DNA of 60,371 nucleotides, counting the filler. It is 6 parts of 6 records of this genome, joined end to end, with 100 filler letters (N's around TTAATTAATTAA, not from the genome) between each part and the next. Parts side by side here need not be neighbours in the genome. Positions count along the whole stretch, not along the records: positions 6,085 to 11,429 come from SRR31147125_4976; positions 11,530 to 29,890 come from SRR31147125_4982; 4 more parts are not named here. One strand, written 5' to 3'. Each line of letters starts with the position of its first letter. The stretch's first letter is position 1. Shown piece by piece: positions 9,572 to 20,255 of the stretch. The notes beneath the pieces are model-generated. The model ran no database searches. It saw only the letters and a list, made by a program, of their open reading frames with translations, and was not told the origin of the DNA. Made by a program: the position numbers and the translations under genes.

Positions 9572-10930
9572 ATGCGTAAATATGAACTTATAGCAGAAGA
9601 AATTAAAGAATGGATTGTTGAGAGTTTATTCCTGCCAGGGGATAGACTGCCCTCAATTAGAAATCTCTCTAAAGAATTCAACTGCAGCAATGGTACTATC
9701 ATTAAGTCCCTACAACTTTTGGAAAACAGGCACTTTGTTTATTCCAAACCCAACAGTGGTTTTTATGTTATTGAAAATGTGGAGTCAGAGTCAGCGACTG
9801 AAAGCCATCTCATTCACGCCTCCACAAGCTTCCCTGACATCAAACAATTTCCCTATGAAGAATTTCAACATTGTATGATACAGGCCATTCAATCATACAA
9901 AGAAAACTTGTTTTCTTATACCAATCCCAAAGGCTTACCCCAGTTACTTCTAACGATGAAAGAACACCTTGAAGATCATCAGATTTTCACAAAACTAGAC
10001 CACTTATTTATCACAACTGGCGCCCAACAAGCCATTGATTTGCTTACTAAAATGCCCTTTCCAAATGGTGGCGATACCATTCTAACAGAACAGCCAACAT
10101 ATTATGGTGCCTTAAAAGCTTTCTCTCTAAATAAGACACCCACCATAGGAATCAACCGCGACTTCAATGGCCTCGACTTAGATGAACTTGAGGATAAATT
10201 TAAAAATAATAACATCAAATTTTTTTACACAACACCAAGACTTCACAATCCAATTGGTCATTCTTATACGAGAGCAGAAATCATCGCTATACTTGATCTA
10301 GCCTACAAATACAATGTTTTTATTCTTGAAGACGATTGTATGGCAGACTTTATAGATTCCACAACCTTGCTACCCATGTATGCCTACGATACCCACGATA
10401 TGGTTATCAACATTAAGAGTTTCTCAAAAATATTACTGCCTGGATTGAGACTTTCGTCTCTTGTCCTCCCCAAGGTTTTAATAGAAACATTCAGTGAGTA
10501 TAAAAAATGGGCAGATGTGAACAGTACCATCATTTCACAAGGGGCACTTGAAATATTCATGAGAAGTGGTATGTTTGACACCCACAGAGTGCGGATGAAA
10601 ACTTTGTATGCCAAAAGGATGACCCACCTCATAAAAAGGTTAGACGAAAACATTGGGGATTCACTGACATATAGTAAACCTTTAGGGGGATACTTCCTTA
10701 CCATAAGAGCAAACAACAGTACCAAGTATGATAAGATTTTTACAGAACTTGCTGAAAAAAACATTGAAATGGTAGATGTAAGGGTCTGTTTCCTTGAGGC
10801 CTATAGAAATTCAACCTACTTTAGAATCAGTGTCTCTAAAATGGATGAAGAAGCTATCGACATAGCCATACCAGAAATCATCAAAGCCATTGAACAAAAT
10901 ACACTTCCAATCCTGCACAAATTAAAATAG
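9572..10930 (+). CDS. MocR/GabR-type GntR regulator with PLP aminotransferase domain
   Basis: N-terminal wHTH (GDRLPSIR), TGAQQA, HNPIG, ILEDD, SFSKILLPGLR. Confidence 0.93.
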   Translation: MRKYELIAEEIKEWIVESLFLPGDRLPSIRNLSKEFNCSNGTIIKSLQLLENRHFVYSKPNSGFYVIENVESESATESHLIHASTSFPDIKQFPYEEFQHCMIQAIQSYKENLFSYTNPKGLPQLLLTMKEHLEDHQIFTKLDHLFITTGAQQAIDLLTKMPFPNGGDTILTEQPTYYGALKAFSLNKTPTIGINRDFNGLDLDELEDKFKNNNIKFFYTTPRLHNPIGHSYTRAEIIAILDLAYKYNVFILEDDCMADFIDSTTLLPMYAYDTHDMVINIKSFSKILLPGLRLSSLVLPKVLIETFSEYKKWADVNSTIISQGALEIFMRSGMFDTHRVRMKTLYAKRMTHLIKRLDENIGDSLTYSKPLGGYFLTIRANNSTKYDKIFTELAEKNIEMVDVRVCFLEAYRNSTYFRISVSKMDEEAIDIAIPEIIKAIEQNTLPILHKLK

Positions 10931-10960
10931 GGAACACCACTATTAAGTGATGTTCCCTAT
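10927..10960. terminator. Hairpin between convergent genes
   Basis: ATAGGGAACA...TGTTCCCTAT. Confidence 0.7.
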
Positions 10961-10995
10961 CTATTTACTTGTATTCCCAATGAAAAAGGATTATC

Positions 10996-11429
10996 TTAAT
11001 CCGCGTCTCTAACAAGTCTCACTGAGTTTAAGATGTTGTCTCCACCTTCTCCTGCAAATGAACTTTCTGTGTACTTAGGTGAGAATCTCACTGCACCTGC
11101 ACCGTGTGAATCTTCTCCATCATCACCGACTGCTTTACCAAATGCTACATACCACGCATAACCATAATCCGGTAATTCCGTTGAGAAGTATGCTGATGTA
11201 TTTGACCAGAAGTAGTAGTTTTCATTCTCGTCTAATACTGTTGTATTGAAGACACTTTGGTCGATAGCAGGATAAGAACCCGAGTAATCAACAATCGATT
11301 GTAATTCTTTGATATCTGGAAGTCTCCAATCATCATAGCCACCGTATTCAAAGTTCTCAGCATATTCAAGTGCGTCATCCCACTCAATGCCCTCGCCATT
11401 ATCATCTTGCATCCACATTAAACCTGTTG
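10996..11429 (-). CDS. DUF1566 (Lcl/CLec-like) domain protein, 5'-truncated
   Basis: TGLMW, GYDDWRLPDIKELQSI, YFWS.T, AWYVAFG, VRLVR. Confidence 0.85.
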
Positions 11430-11529
11430 NNNNNNNNNNNNNNNNNNNNNNNNNNNNNNNNNNNNNNNNNNNNTTAATTAATTAANNNNNNNNNNNNNNN
11501 NNNNNNNNNNNNNNNNNNNNNNNNNNNNN
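11430..11529. other. Artificial contig linker
   Basis: N-TTAATTAATTAA-N. Confidence 0.99.
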
Positions 11530-14257
11530 CAACCGTTCCTGTATCTGGTTCATCATTTGGATCAGCTGGGTCAGTACCAGCCTTCGTTTCATCTGGGTCG
11601 CTTACACCGTCTTCATCAGAATCTTGAACCCAATAAGCATATGCGGTTACATCACTTGAAAGCGTATACAACGCACCAAGCTCATATCTTGTGCCAGAGA
11701 TAGTCCAACCCTCTAAAACATAACCGCTATACGAGAACGATCTTCCATCGTTTAAAGTAACTACTGCATTTTCTGCATCACTTTGAGATCCAGCACCACT
11801 TCCGCCGTTTGCATCATATGTAATCGTATATGATGGTGGTGTAATGACTGCCCATCCTTTCCAATAACCACTAGATGTTGGGTCATATGTGCTGACTGCA
11901 TCTTTAGAAACTGTAAGGGTACTTCCTTTACTAAGAGGATTGTAATGAGAAAGTGTAGCAGAACTAGGTGGTGTATCATCTAAGTATAGATTAACTTTAT
12001 TACAACCTTGTAAGGAGAGTGATGCTCCAATAGTCTCAAGTAACGGTAATTTTAACTCTTGCAAGTTTGTACAATATCTAAATGCATTATCACCGAACGT
12101 TGTAGCTTTTGGTAATTCTATTTCAGCAGCAAGACACGCTTTAAATGCATTATCACCAAAAGTTGTGGCTTCTGGTAGTATTATAGTTGTAAGGTTCAAT
12201 GCCTCCGAAAATGCATCATCACCAAAAGTTGTGGCTTTAGGAAGCTCTATAGTGGTAAGCGCTTTAGGGCTAGAAAACGAGTAATCTCCAAAAGAAACAG
12301 CTTCTGGCAGAATTACAGTTGTCAGATTTTTACAGGATGACATTGCACTTAGCTGAAAAGTTTTTGCTTTCGGTATTTTTACATAAGTCAATGCATCGAC
12401 ACCAGCCAAGGCAGCCCCCTCGAAATGCAACTCCGGATTGGTTGGCTCTATATATGCTGTCTTCAACGTTTCAATATTATAATAGTAACTGCGCGATGAA
12501 AAAAATTTATCTGGAATATAATTGTCTTCAAATGCAGAAGTTCCCGAAATATTGAGTGTCTCAATATTATCGAGTTTCTCAGACATCCAATCACAATCAT
12601 CATCTGTAATAACACCATCCGTTATTACTAAGTTTTTAACTAAAAGCGGCGAACCACATAATCTACCAAACTCATCTTCAATCGTTCCTGACCATTGAGT
12701 ATGTATGGTTATTGTTTGTGTACTATCATCCCAATCATTAACAGTAGATTTTGTAGTGAAAGACCATGTTGTCTTATCACTAATTCCACCAAAATATAAG
12801 TCATTAGCATTTTTAAATGCAGTGTTATCAATCATTACATATAGTTCTTGTCCTAAAGGTAAATCAGATGATGGGTTAATCGTTACATCACTACCAGAAA
12901 CGCTTACCTTTGTGCTTGTAACATCAATCGTTTCTACAGTAGAATTATCTGATACTTTTTTTAGCGTTATATTACCTGTACCCTTAACAACATTTTGATT
13001 AAACTCAATTTCTAAGTCATCATCTAAATCTATTTCACTAGCATCATCAGCTGGTACAGTAGAATTTATTTCTATAGGTATTTGATTTATTTGTAGCGCA
13101 AAACCATTCCATTTATCATCACTATCAGGAGCACTATCCGCATCATAATTATCTATATCAGTCTGAGTGGGAAGTGTTAGCGTTGATCCTGCAACAGGAA
13201 CACCAGAACCAAAGTTTACATTCGATGGTATTGTGGATCCCAAAGTCAATGAGATAGGATTAACATCACAACCATTAAACAAATTATTGCCAGTAAAGTT
13301 TGTAGCTGACGGTAAATTTACAGTTGTTAATTTTTTACTCCAGTTAAATGCACTAAGCCCAAAGGTAGTAGCTTTTGGCAAATCAACAGTCGTCAAGTTT
13401 TGACAATTACTAAATGCCCCACTTCCAAAAGTAATAGCTTCTGGCAAACTTACACTAGTTAAATCTGTGCAATTGGTAAAAGCACTACTCCCAAATGAAG
13501 TAACTTTTGGCAAATTAATTGTGGTTAGACTTGTGCATGAATCAAATGCATTATCTCCAAATGTAGTCGCTTTCGGTAGCGTAATCGTTTCCAAAGCATA
13601 ACAGTATTGAAACACATAATTCCCAAAAGTTGTAACTTCAGGCATATTAACTGTTGTCAACTTTTCGCATTCATAAAATGCAGTACTATCATCACCATCA
13701 TCTGAAAATGTTGTAACTTTCGGCAAATTAACTTCGGTTAACTCTGTACAAAAACCAAAAGCATAAGGAGCAAAACTAGTAACTTCTGGCAAAGTAATCG
13801 CTGTCAATGCAGTGCAACTCTCAAATGCGTTCATACCAAAAGTTTTAGCATTCGGCAAACTAACTGTGGTTAATGAACTACAAGAAGAAAAACACTCCTC
13901 ACCAAAACTAACGGCAGGGAATGTCACTTCTTCAATAGTTGTATTAGGACATAAAAAAGTATCACCAACTGATGCGCATGTTATTGAGTTTGCAACATTT
14001 AAAATCTCCAAATTAGTGCAGCTATTAATATAATCAATATCGGCCGAGTTAAAAGTACCGGTTGCAGTAACATTTAATTGGGTAATATCCGTTGGATCAA
14101 GAATCCCTTTATCCATAGCTCTACCCAGCAACGTTCCAGACGATATATTACCATCGACAGTCAAAACTCCTCCAGAATAACTGTCAGCAAAAGCAACGGT
14201 TGGAATAAACATACACAATATAAGAGTCAATAAAACTATAAACAAAATTTTTTTCAT
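11530..14257 (-). CDS. Secreted BspA-type (LRR_5) surface protein with Ig-like, InlB-B-like and Ca-binding DxDxDG motifs, 3'-truncated
   Basis: Signal peptide MKKILF...VAFA, two blocks of LPxATTFGxxAF..C..L repeats separated by an SbsA-like Ig domain, YTITYDANGG, DSDEDGVSD..E...GTDP. The ORF track starts at 14272. Confidence 0.88.
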
Positions 14258-14355
14258 TAAGCCATCTCCCAAATGATGAAGTATATGGATTAAACGTCAA
14301 AAATCACAAATTAGACCTCTTACGCATACACCATTTTCATTTGAAAGTTTACCAT

Positions 14356-14382
14356 ATTGTATCTGAACAAAATCTGAACAAA
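14356..14382 (-). promoter_or_regulatory. Activator-dependent promoter: -10 TACAAT with tandem 11-bp direct repeat over the -35 region
   Basis: ATCTGAACAAA twice (14361-14382) abutting minus-strand TACAAT (14356-14361) upstream of the LRR gene. Confidence 0.6.
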
Positions 14383-14424
14383 TTATGTCAAAATTGACTT
14401 TATATTTACAAATTCATCATTATT

Positions 14425-15495
14425 CTATTTTTTATTATTCAAATCTTTTTTCATCTCTTTATATTTCTTTTTAATAAGACTATATTCACTCTTACTTTTA
14501 AGCTCATCATAAAGTTCTAATAGCATGAGATAATAATTTTCGTTATAGCAATCAATTTTTATAAGCTTGTTTAACAACTTAATTGCGCAGCTATCACAGT
14601 CATTATCCTCATAAAAATCTAAAGCCTTATCCGCAAGCGTTAAAAACATACATTCCATCTTTATTTTAAAATCCAATGACCAAGAATATGCATTATATCC
14701 CAAAAAACCACCATGATATTTTTCAGATATCTCTTCAAAAACTTTTATATTACTTGAATCAATCTTGCTATTTTCAATATCTTGCATCAAATCATATAAT
14801 CCAATATAGTCCGCTTCAATAGATCTCCTATCTATCATATAAGTGTTATTAGAAGTTAAGACGCTCAAAGGAGCAATACTTTTCTTCAAATTATATACCG
14901 TTGTATATAACAATGTTTTAGCCTTATCCAACTCTCTATCTGGCCAAAGATTTTCTATTATTGTTTCGGATGAAACAGCCTCTCTTCTAAAGATCAAAAA
15001 TGCAAAAAGTTCTGCTGTCTTTTTGGTTCGCCAACTAACAATACTATTATCTTGATTTCTCACTTCAAGTTTATCCATCATTTTCACATGAAGCTTAACG
15101 TGATTATCTTCTTGTTTAATCTGCTCTCTATTCATCTTTAACAGCATTGTTTTTTCAATAGCCGTTTTGAGCCTATCCAGTTTTACTGGCTTTAATAAAT
15201 AGTCCTGTGCTTGAAGCTCAAAAGCATCAAATGCGTACTTCTTATGTGCAGTTACAAATATTATTTCCGTATCAGAATTGGTAGAATATATCTCCTCAGC
15301 AATTTCCAAACCCGTCTTATAAGGTGTTTCAATATCCAAAAAGGCTATATCTGGTTTGGTTTTTAATACACACTCAACCAAATCACTATACTCCGTAAAT
15401 TGTCCAACTATCTGGACATCTTTGATTTGCGTCAATTGCATTTCCATCATTCTCACTGCATGTCTTTCATCATCAAATACTACAACTCTAATCAT
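14425..15495 (-). CDS. Response regulator, REC + winged HTH + BTAD (SARP-like)
   Basis: FDDE, FLDIETP, FVTAH, DYLLKP, then WRTKKTAELFAFL...LWP...LYTTVYNLKK. Confidence 0.88.
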   Translation of the reverse strand: MIRVVVFDDERHAVRMMEMQLTQIKDVQIVGQFTEYSDLVECVLKTKPDIAFLDIETPYKTGLEIAEEIYSTNSDTEIIFVTAHKKYAFDAFELQAQDYLLKPVKLDRLKTAIEKTMLLKMNREQIKQEDNHVKLHVKMMDKLEVRNQDNSIVSWRTKKTAELFAFLIFRREAVSSETIIENLWPDRELDKAKTLLYTTVYNLKKSIAPLSVLTSNNTYMIDRRSIEADYIGLYDLMQDIENSKIDSSNIKVFEEISEKYHGGFLGYNAYSWSLDFKIKMECMFLTLADKALDFYEDNDCDSCAIKLLNKLIKIDCYNENYYLMLLELYDELKSKSEYSLIKKKYKEMKKDLNNKK

Positions 15496-18400
15496 TATTT
15501 CCGCCTCATATCTTTAACTTCAAAGCTCAAAACCACTTTTGTGCCCTTATTAAATACACTTTCAACTATAAACTCAGCGCCATACATTCTATCCATACAG
15601 CGTCTTACATATAATATACCAAGTCCAGTCCTACCATCGCACTTTTCTCCCGACATTATGCATTGCAAATCCTCTTCTTTAATACCAACGCCATTATCTA
15701 TAATCTCGACAATATACTTGTCATTTTTAAGGTATCCGCATATATTAACATTACCACCCAGCGGCTTTTTGGTCACCCCATGCTGAACAGCATTTTCAAC
15801 GAGAGTTTGTATAACAAAAGGAGGAACTCTAACTCCGCTTTCATCACGTATATCAAAGGAGTATTCCAACTTCTCTTCAAAGCGATTTTTTTCTATCGCA
15901 AGATAAACCTTTACTAATTCCAATTCCTTTTTTAAGAATACTTCCTTTTCTGCATAATCAAAATCAAAGTTATGCCTTAAATAATCAGCAAGATCTATTA
16001 TGTTACTGGATGCAGCTTTACCATCGTCAAAGCACTTTACAGCAATTGAGTTCATTGTGTTAAACAAAAAATGCGGATTCATTCGTGCTTGCAACATTTT
16101 AATTTCATCATCCAATGTTTCACTTGCAATATTTTTTAGTTTAGATAAAGTATTTACTCTAGCAACTAGCTCTTCGTTTTCGAATGGTTTAATCAAAAAA
16201 TCATTGGCTCCAGCTTCAAAACTTTCCTTTAACCCTCTAAGATTAGCTTTTGCTGTCATAATCAATATAGGCATTTGTAATAAGTCATATTTGCTTCTTA
16301 TCATAGCAGTCAAATCTTCACCCGAAATCTTAGGCATCATAAGGTCAACAACAGCAAGCACAACATTCGGGTTTGACAATATCTCCTTATATCCTTGCTC
16401 TTCATCAGTAAACCCTCTAATACTATACCCTTGGCTTTTAATAACGCTACACACCGAATAAACATTTTCGTAATAATCGTCTATGATTACAATAGTATCT
16501 TTATCAGTTCCATCGATACTGATCTGTTTTTTAACAGTCTCTCTAAACAAACTATCTTTACTATTTTTGTTCTTATCTTCATAACTGTCAAAAGTATCAA
16601 TATTTTGTACTTCAGCATCACTTAGCGGCAACACCACAGTAAACTTAGAGCCATTTCCGATAGCACTTTCAACCAAAATTTCACCATCATGGGCATTCAT
16701 TATCTCTTTTGAAACACTAAGTCCTATTCCCATCCCACCATATTTCTTACTGATGGTTTCATCTGCTTGATTAAAGGAATCAAAAATTGCTTCAATGTTT
16801 TTTTCATCTATACCTATACCAGAATCAGCTATTTCTATATATAGTTTCTGGTTTTCATCATATAGTTTAATGCAAATTTTACCGTTTGTTGGTGTAAATT
16901 TAATGGCGTTTCCAAGCAAATTGTATATAACCTGTGTCATACGATATTTGTCGCCATAAACAATATATATATCCTTGCTTAGCTCAAAAGTATGTTGAAT
17001 CGCTTTTTCATCCATCATTATTTTTAGCTCGTTTACTGTTCTCATAACAGTCTGACCTATATCAAAATGACCCATTACCATTCTAATTTTGCCACCTCGC
17101 ATACTACTATAATCTAGCAAATCGTTTATCAAAACATTCAGTCGTCTCGAACTATATGAAACCATTTCCAAGGATTCCTTTTGCTTGTCATCAAAACCCT
17201 GTCCATCAGCAAGCACAGATTCAGTCAAAGCAACCATACTATTCAAAGGTGTCCTAAGCTCATGAGAAGTGTTAGTCAAAAATTGTTCCTTAGTCTCATT
17301 GCTCCTTTTAAGCTCTTTCGTCAAATTCTCAGCACTAATAAACGCCTTTTCATATTGCTTTGTAGCAATTATTGTAAAGCATAAAACAAAAAACATAAGC
17401 CCAATAGGCATCAACAAGCCAAAAGGTGACGGAATCAGTAAATACATATATAACACGTCATAAACTACAAAAGCCATAAGCACTGCTGTGCCAAGCATAA
17501 CCAATAACGAATCAGACTTTTTAGCATAGATAAGCTTTGAAGTTACCCACATACCAAATAAAAACTCAGCTACTACAAGCATATCTTTTATCAAAGATAT
17601 TGTTCCAATAAAAAAATCCTCAAAAAATATTAGTATGACGAATAGAAAAACAATCTTTACCGAAGTTAAATATATGATCGTTTTGTTTATTGACTTTGGA
17701 TAAATAATATTAAGCAGGTATAATAATATACTGCCTCCACATATCGATATAATAAAAGACATCATCAGGTATACTTTGAAAGGCAGGTTCGGCATAATAT
17801 CCCTTATAAGCAGTAAATCCCTTGATAAAATATATGCTATAGTGACTAATGAAATAGCTACAAGATTACCAAATATCCGATTGCCCTTTTTTGCCCTGGT
17901 TCCTATTAATCCAAACAGAAAGAAAAAAACTATAAATACTCCAAAGAGGAAAACACCTTTAGAAAACCTTAATTTCATCAACTGATCGATATTTTTACTG
18001 TGTCCAAGCAATATCCTGCCATTATATCCACCGTTGCTATATTTAAAGCTCGAAACATGCATTGTTATAATCATCTCATGTTCAAGATAATGTTCAATCG
18101 TTTCAGCTCTATACTCAGCAACAATATCCTGCTTACTCTTTGCAGGGTTACCAATTTGGAATACTTCGTCATCATTAATATAAACCGTATATGCGTCGAT
18201 AGGTGCCATTGGAAAAAACAACTTGATATTTCTTGGCGCTCCACTATTTATTATTCTTAACTGGTATGTGCCATATCCCTTTTCTTGCATAACTGTATCT
18301 TCAAACTTTTTCTCTGCCCAGTCTCCCGGCAATGACATAGATCCTTTATCTCCATCATACGTTTCTGTGGCGCATAGGTTCAAAAACACATTAGGATAAA

Positions 18401-18614
18401 ACAGCCACTCTCCACTTAAGCTTACAACCTCATCCATTTCAAGTACGGAATCATCAATTTGGAATATACCATCATTAATTATTGGTTCGTCATTTATTAT
18501 GCTAGTGGTTAAATTTAATATATAAACGATTAAAGCAATAAGTAATATACTCATCAGAAAAATGCTTATAATCGTAAAACTATCCTTGAACGCTCTTTTA
18601 TTCCTTATCACCAC
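15495..18614 (-). CDS. Hybrid sensor kinase: extracellular + multi-TM, HisKA/HATPase, REC, second LytS-type kinase
   Basis: SHELRTPL, NLLGNAIKFT, DSGIGI, DLMMP, LQARMNPHFLFNT, QTLVENAVQHG, DNGVG. Confidence 0.9.
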   Translation of the reverse strand: MVIRNKRAFKDSFTIISIFLMSILLIALIVYILNLTTSIINDEPIINDGIFQIDDSVLEMDEVVSLSGEWLFYPNVFLNLCATETYDGDKGSMSLPGDWAEKKFEDTVMQEKGYGTYQLRIINSGAPRNIKLFFPMAPIDAYTVYINDDEVFQIGNPAKSKQDIVAEYRAETIEHYLEHEMIITMHVSSFKYSNGGYNGRILLGHSKNIDQLMKLRFSKGVFLFGVFIVFFFLFGLIGTRAKKGNRIFGNLVAISLVTIAYILSRDLLLIRDIMPNLPFKVYLMMSFIISICGGSILLYLLNIIYPKSINKTIIYLTSVKIVFLFVILIFFEDFFIGTISLIKDMLVVAEFLFGMWVTSKLIYAKKSDSLLVMLGTAVLMAFVVYDVLYMYLLIPSPFGLLMPIGLMFFVLCFTIIATKQYEKAFISAENLTKELKRSNETKEQFLTNTSHELRTPLNSMVALTESVLADGQGFDDKQKESLEMVSYSSRRLNVLINDLLDYSSMRGGKIRMVMGHFDIGQTVMRTVNELKIMMDEKAIQHTFELSKDIYIVYGDKYRMTQVIYNLLGNAIKFTPTNGKICIKLYDENQKLYIEIADSGIGIDEKNIEAIFDSFNQADETISKKYGGMGIGLSVSKEIMNAHDGEILVESAIGNGSKFTVVLPLSDAEVQNIDTFDSYEDKNKNSKDSLFRETVKKQISIDGTDKDTIVIIDDYYENVYSVCSVIKSQGYSIRGFTDEEQGYKEILSNPNVVLAVVDLMMPKISGEDLTAMIRSKYDLLQMPILIMTAKANLRGLKESFEAGANDFLIKPFENEELVARVNTLSKLKNIASETLDDEIKMLQARMNPHFLFNTMNSIAVKCFDDGKAASSNIIDLADYLRHNFDFDYAEKEVFLKKELELVKVYLAIEKNRFEEKLEYSFDIRDESGVRVPPFVIQTLVENAVQHGVTKKPLGGNVNICGYLKNDKYIVEIIDNGVGIKEEDLQCIMSGEKCDGRTGLGILYVRRCMDRMYGAEFIVESVFNKGTKVVLSFEVKDMRRK

Positions 18615-18887
18615 TAGTTAGTTCTCCTCTACCGTTAAGTCATCTTTAAATTTTATTTGTTTATTCATGAATCATTTGTAAGTCATTTTTTACCTAAAAA
18701 ATTATACCACATTATTCACTTTAAGCGAATTTAAAAATCACTTATATAGTTGAGTAAAAAACACTCTCCTCTAGAGAATTAATTTCGGATATTATTGAGT
18801 ATAAAAATCTATATGAAGTTTCCAAAGAGATAGCTGCATCATAGCAGTATATCGAAAGTAATAAATAGTATCAATTTACAAAATGCT

Positions 18888-18912
18888 TTAGCCATCTGCC
18901 AAGATGGCTTTT
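18888..18912 (+). terminator. Intrinsic terminator
   Basis: AGCCATC-TGCCAA-GATGGCT followed by TTT. Same stem as at 20256. Confidence 0.65.
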
Positions 18913-19104
18913 CTATTTACTCATAATAAGAATATAATTAATCCAATATAAAGTGTTTTGACATTTGTTCGTATTATGATATAACATAAATAGTAATTTC
19001 TTTTATTTTATTAATCTTAATGAATATTTGATTGATATTTTACTGTTGCATATGGATATCCCTGTTGGTATATTTGGGGTAAGTAAAGAAATACGTATAT
19101 TCAT

Positions 19105-19133
19105 TTGACTCTTCACACGAATAGTACTATCAT
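19105..19133 (+). promoter_or_regulatory. Sigma-A-type promoter for the RHH/Bro-N unit
   Basis: TTGACT-N17-TATCAT upstream of RBS GAAAGGGGGG. Confidence 0.65.
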
Positions 19134-19165
19134 ATATATAAAAACATGAAAGGGGGGACATACAT

Positions 19166-19330
19166 ATGTCATTAACATCAGTCAATGTAGATGATGAACT
19201 TGCTCGCAAGCTGAAATCTCATCTAGCATTAAAAGGTATTTCGCTAAAGAAATACATAGCCGATCATATAGAGAATGATTTGGGGAAAGAGTATAAAAAT
19301 AGAACACTATCCACCGACCAAAGTAATTAG
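19166..19330 (+). CDS. Small ribbon-helix-helix (Arc/ParG-like) DNA-binding protein, 54 aa (not in ORF track)
   Basis: MSLTSVNVDDELARKLKSHLALKGISLKKYIADHIENDL...: beta strand, helix, G-I-S turn, helix. Strong RBS. Confidence 0.8.
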   Translation: MSLTSVNVDDELARKLKSHLALKGISLKKYIADHIENDLGKEYKNRTLSTDQSN

Positions 19331-19367
19331 TGTTCTATTAGTCACAAATGCACACAAGTATGTATAC
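19293..19367 (-). ncRNA. Predicted cis-antisense small RNA (~70-75 nt)
   Basis: Minus-strand promoter TTGACT(19397-19402)-N17-TATACT(19374-19379) and a terminator-like 12-bp stem (19298-19339) followed by a T-tract on the minus strand. Confidence 0.55.
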
Positions 19368-19464
19368 AACCAAAGTATATCCTTTTTTGTGTGCTTAGTC
19401 AATACACAGGTAGTATTTATTACTATCAGGAGAGGAACGAATCCTCTCTAGAAAGGATTTTTTT

Positions 19465-20235
19465 ATGCAAAGAGAATTAAAAGTATTTGAGAACAGTCAA
19501 TTAGGTAAAATAAGAACAGTAGATTTGAATGATGAAATATGGTTTGTTACAAAGGATGTCTGTGATGTATTAGGGGTAGGAAATCCGTCGCAGGTTTTAA
19601 CAAGGCTAGATGAAGACGAAAAGAATACCCTCATTTTAAATGAGGATATTGGTAACCCTGAAAAGTCTGTAATTAGCGAAAGCGGATTGTATAATCTAAT
19701 ACTATCTAGTAGAAAGCCACAAGCTAAGACTTTCAAACGCTGGGTAACGCGTGAAGTTCTACCAAGTATCAGGAAAACAGGTAGCTCCAACACAGGTAAG
19801 AATAAATATTTAGATCAATTAGAAGGTGCAAAGTTTATCGCAAACGATTTAAAAATTGACGCCACATCCAAAATAATCATGTACGAAAAAGTATGTGTTG
19901 CTAATGGTGTAGATGTTACTTTTCTTCCAACTTATACCGATGAAACATTAACCCACTCTTTAACAGAACTCATTAAAGAGTTTGGCATAAGCACTTCAAC
20001 TATTAAATTCAACAAGCTCTTAATGGATTGTGGCTTCTTAGAAGAAAAAACAAGACCATCAACCAAAGATTCTAAGATTAAGAAGTATAAATCACTCACC
20101 GATAAAGGATCGAAATATGGCAAAAACCTAATCAATCCAAAGTCGCCAAAGGAAACGCAACCGCATTACTACAAAAATACATTCACAAAGCTTTGTAAAT
20201 TGGTTCTAAATCAAGAAATAATCCCGACCAAATAA
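19465..20235 (+). CDS. Bro-N phage antirepressor-like protein with C-terminal ANT/KilAC-like domain
   Basis: FENSQLGKIRT...WFVTKDVCDVLG...ISESGLYNLILSSRKPQAKTFKRWVTREVLPSIRKTG, then FNKLL...ETQPHYY. Confidence 0.9.
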   Translation: MQRELKVFENSQLGKIRTVDLNDEIWFVTKDVCDVLGVGNPSQVLTRLDEDEKNTLILNEDIGNPEKSVISESGLYNLILSSRKPQAKTFKRWVTREVLPSIRKTGSSNTGKNKYLDQLEGAKFIANDLKIDATSKIIMYEKVCVANGVDVTFLPTYTDETLTHSLTELIKEFGISTSTIKFNKLLMDCGFLEEKTRPSTKDSKIKKYKSLTDKGSKYGKNLINPKSPKETQPHYYKNTFTKLCKLVLNQEIIPTK

Positions 20236-20255
20236 AATATGGTAAAGTGATATTA

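Noticed and set aside
10996-11429. DUF1566 protein as a diversity-generating retroelement target
   Set aside because: No template repeat differing at adenines and no reverse transcriptase is visible on the contig.
12060-13900. Periodic ~66-nt repeats as a CRISPR or non-coding array
   Set aside because: They are degenerate, in-frame codons for the BspA leucine-rich repeats.
18958-18985. LexA box in the promoter-like TTGACA...TATAAC
   Set aside because: Only the GTTCG half matches the Firmicute CGAAC-N4-GTTCG consensus, and no clear gene follows directly.
19003-19209. 68-aa minus-strand ORF
   Set aside because: Overlaps the better-supported RHH gene and its promoter, with no RBS or recognisable motif.
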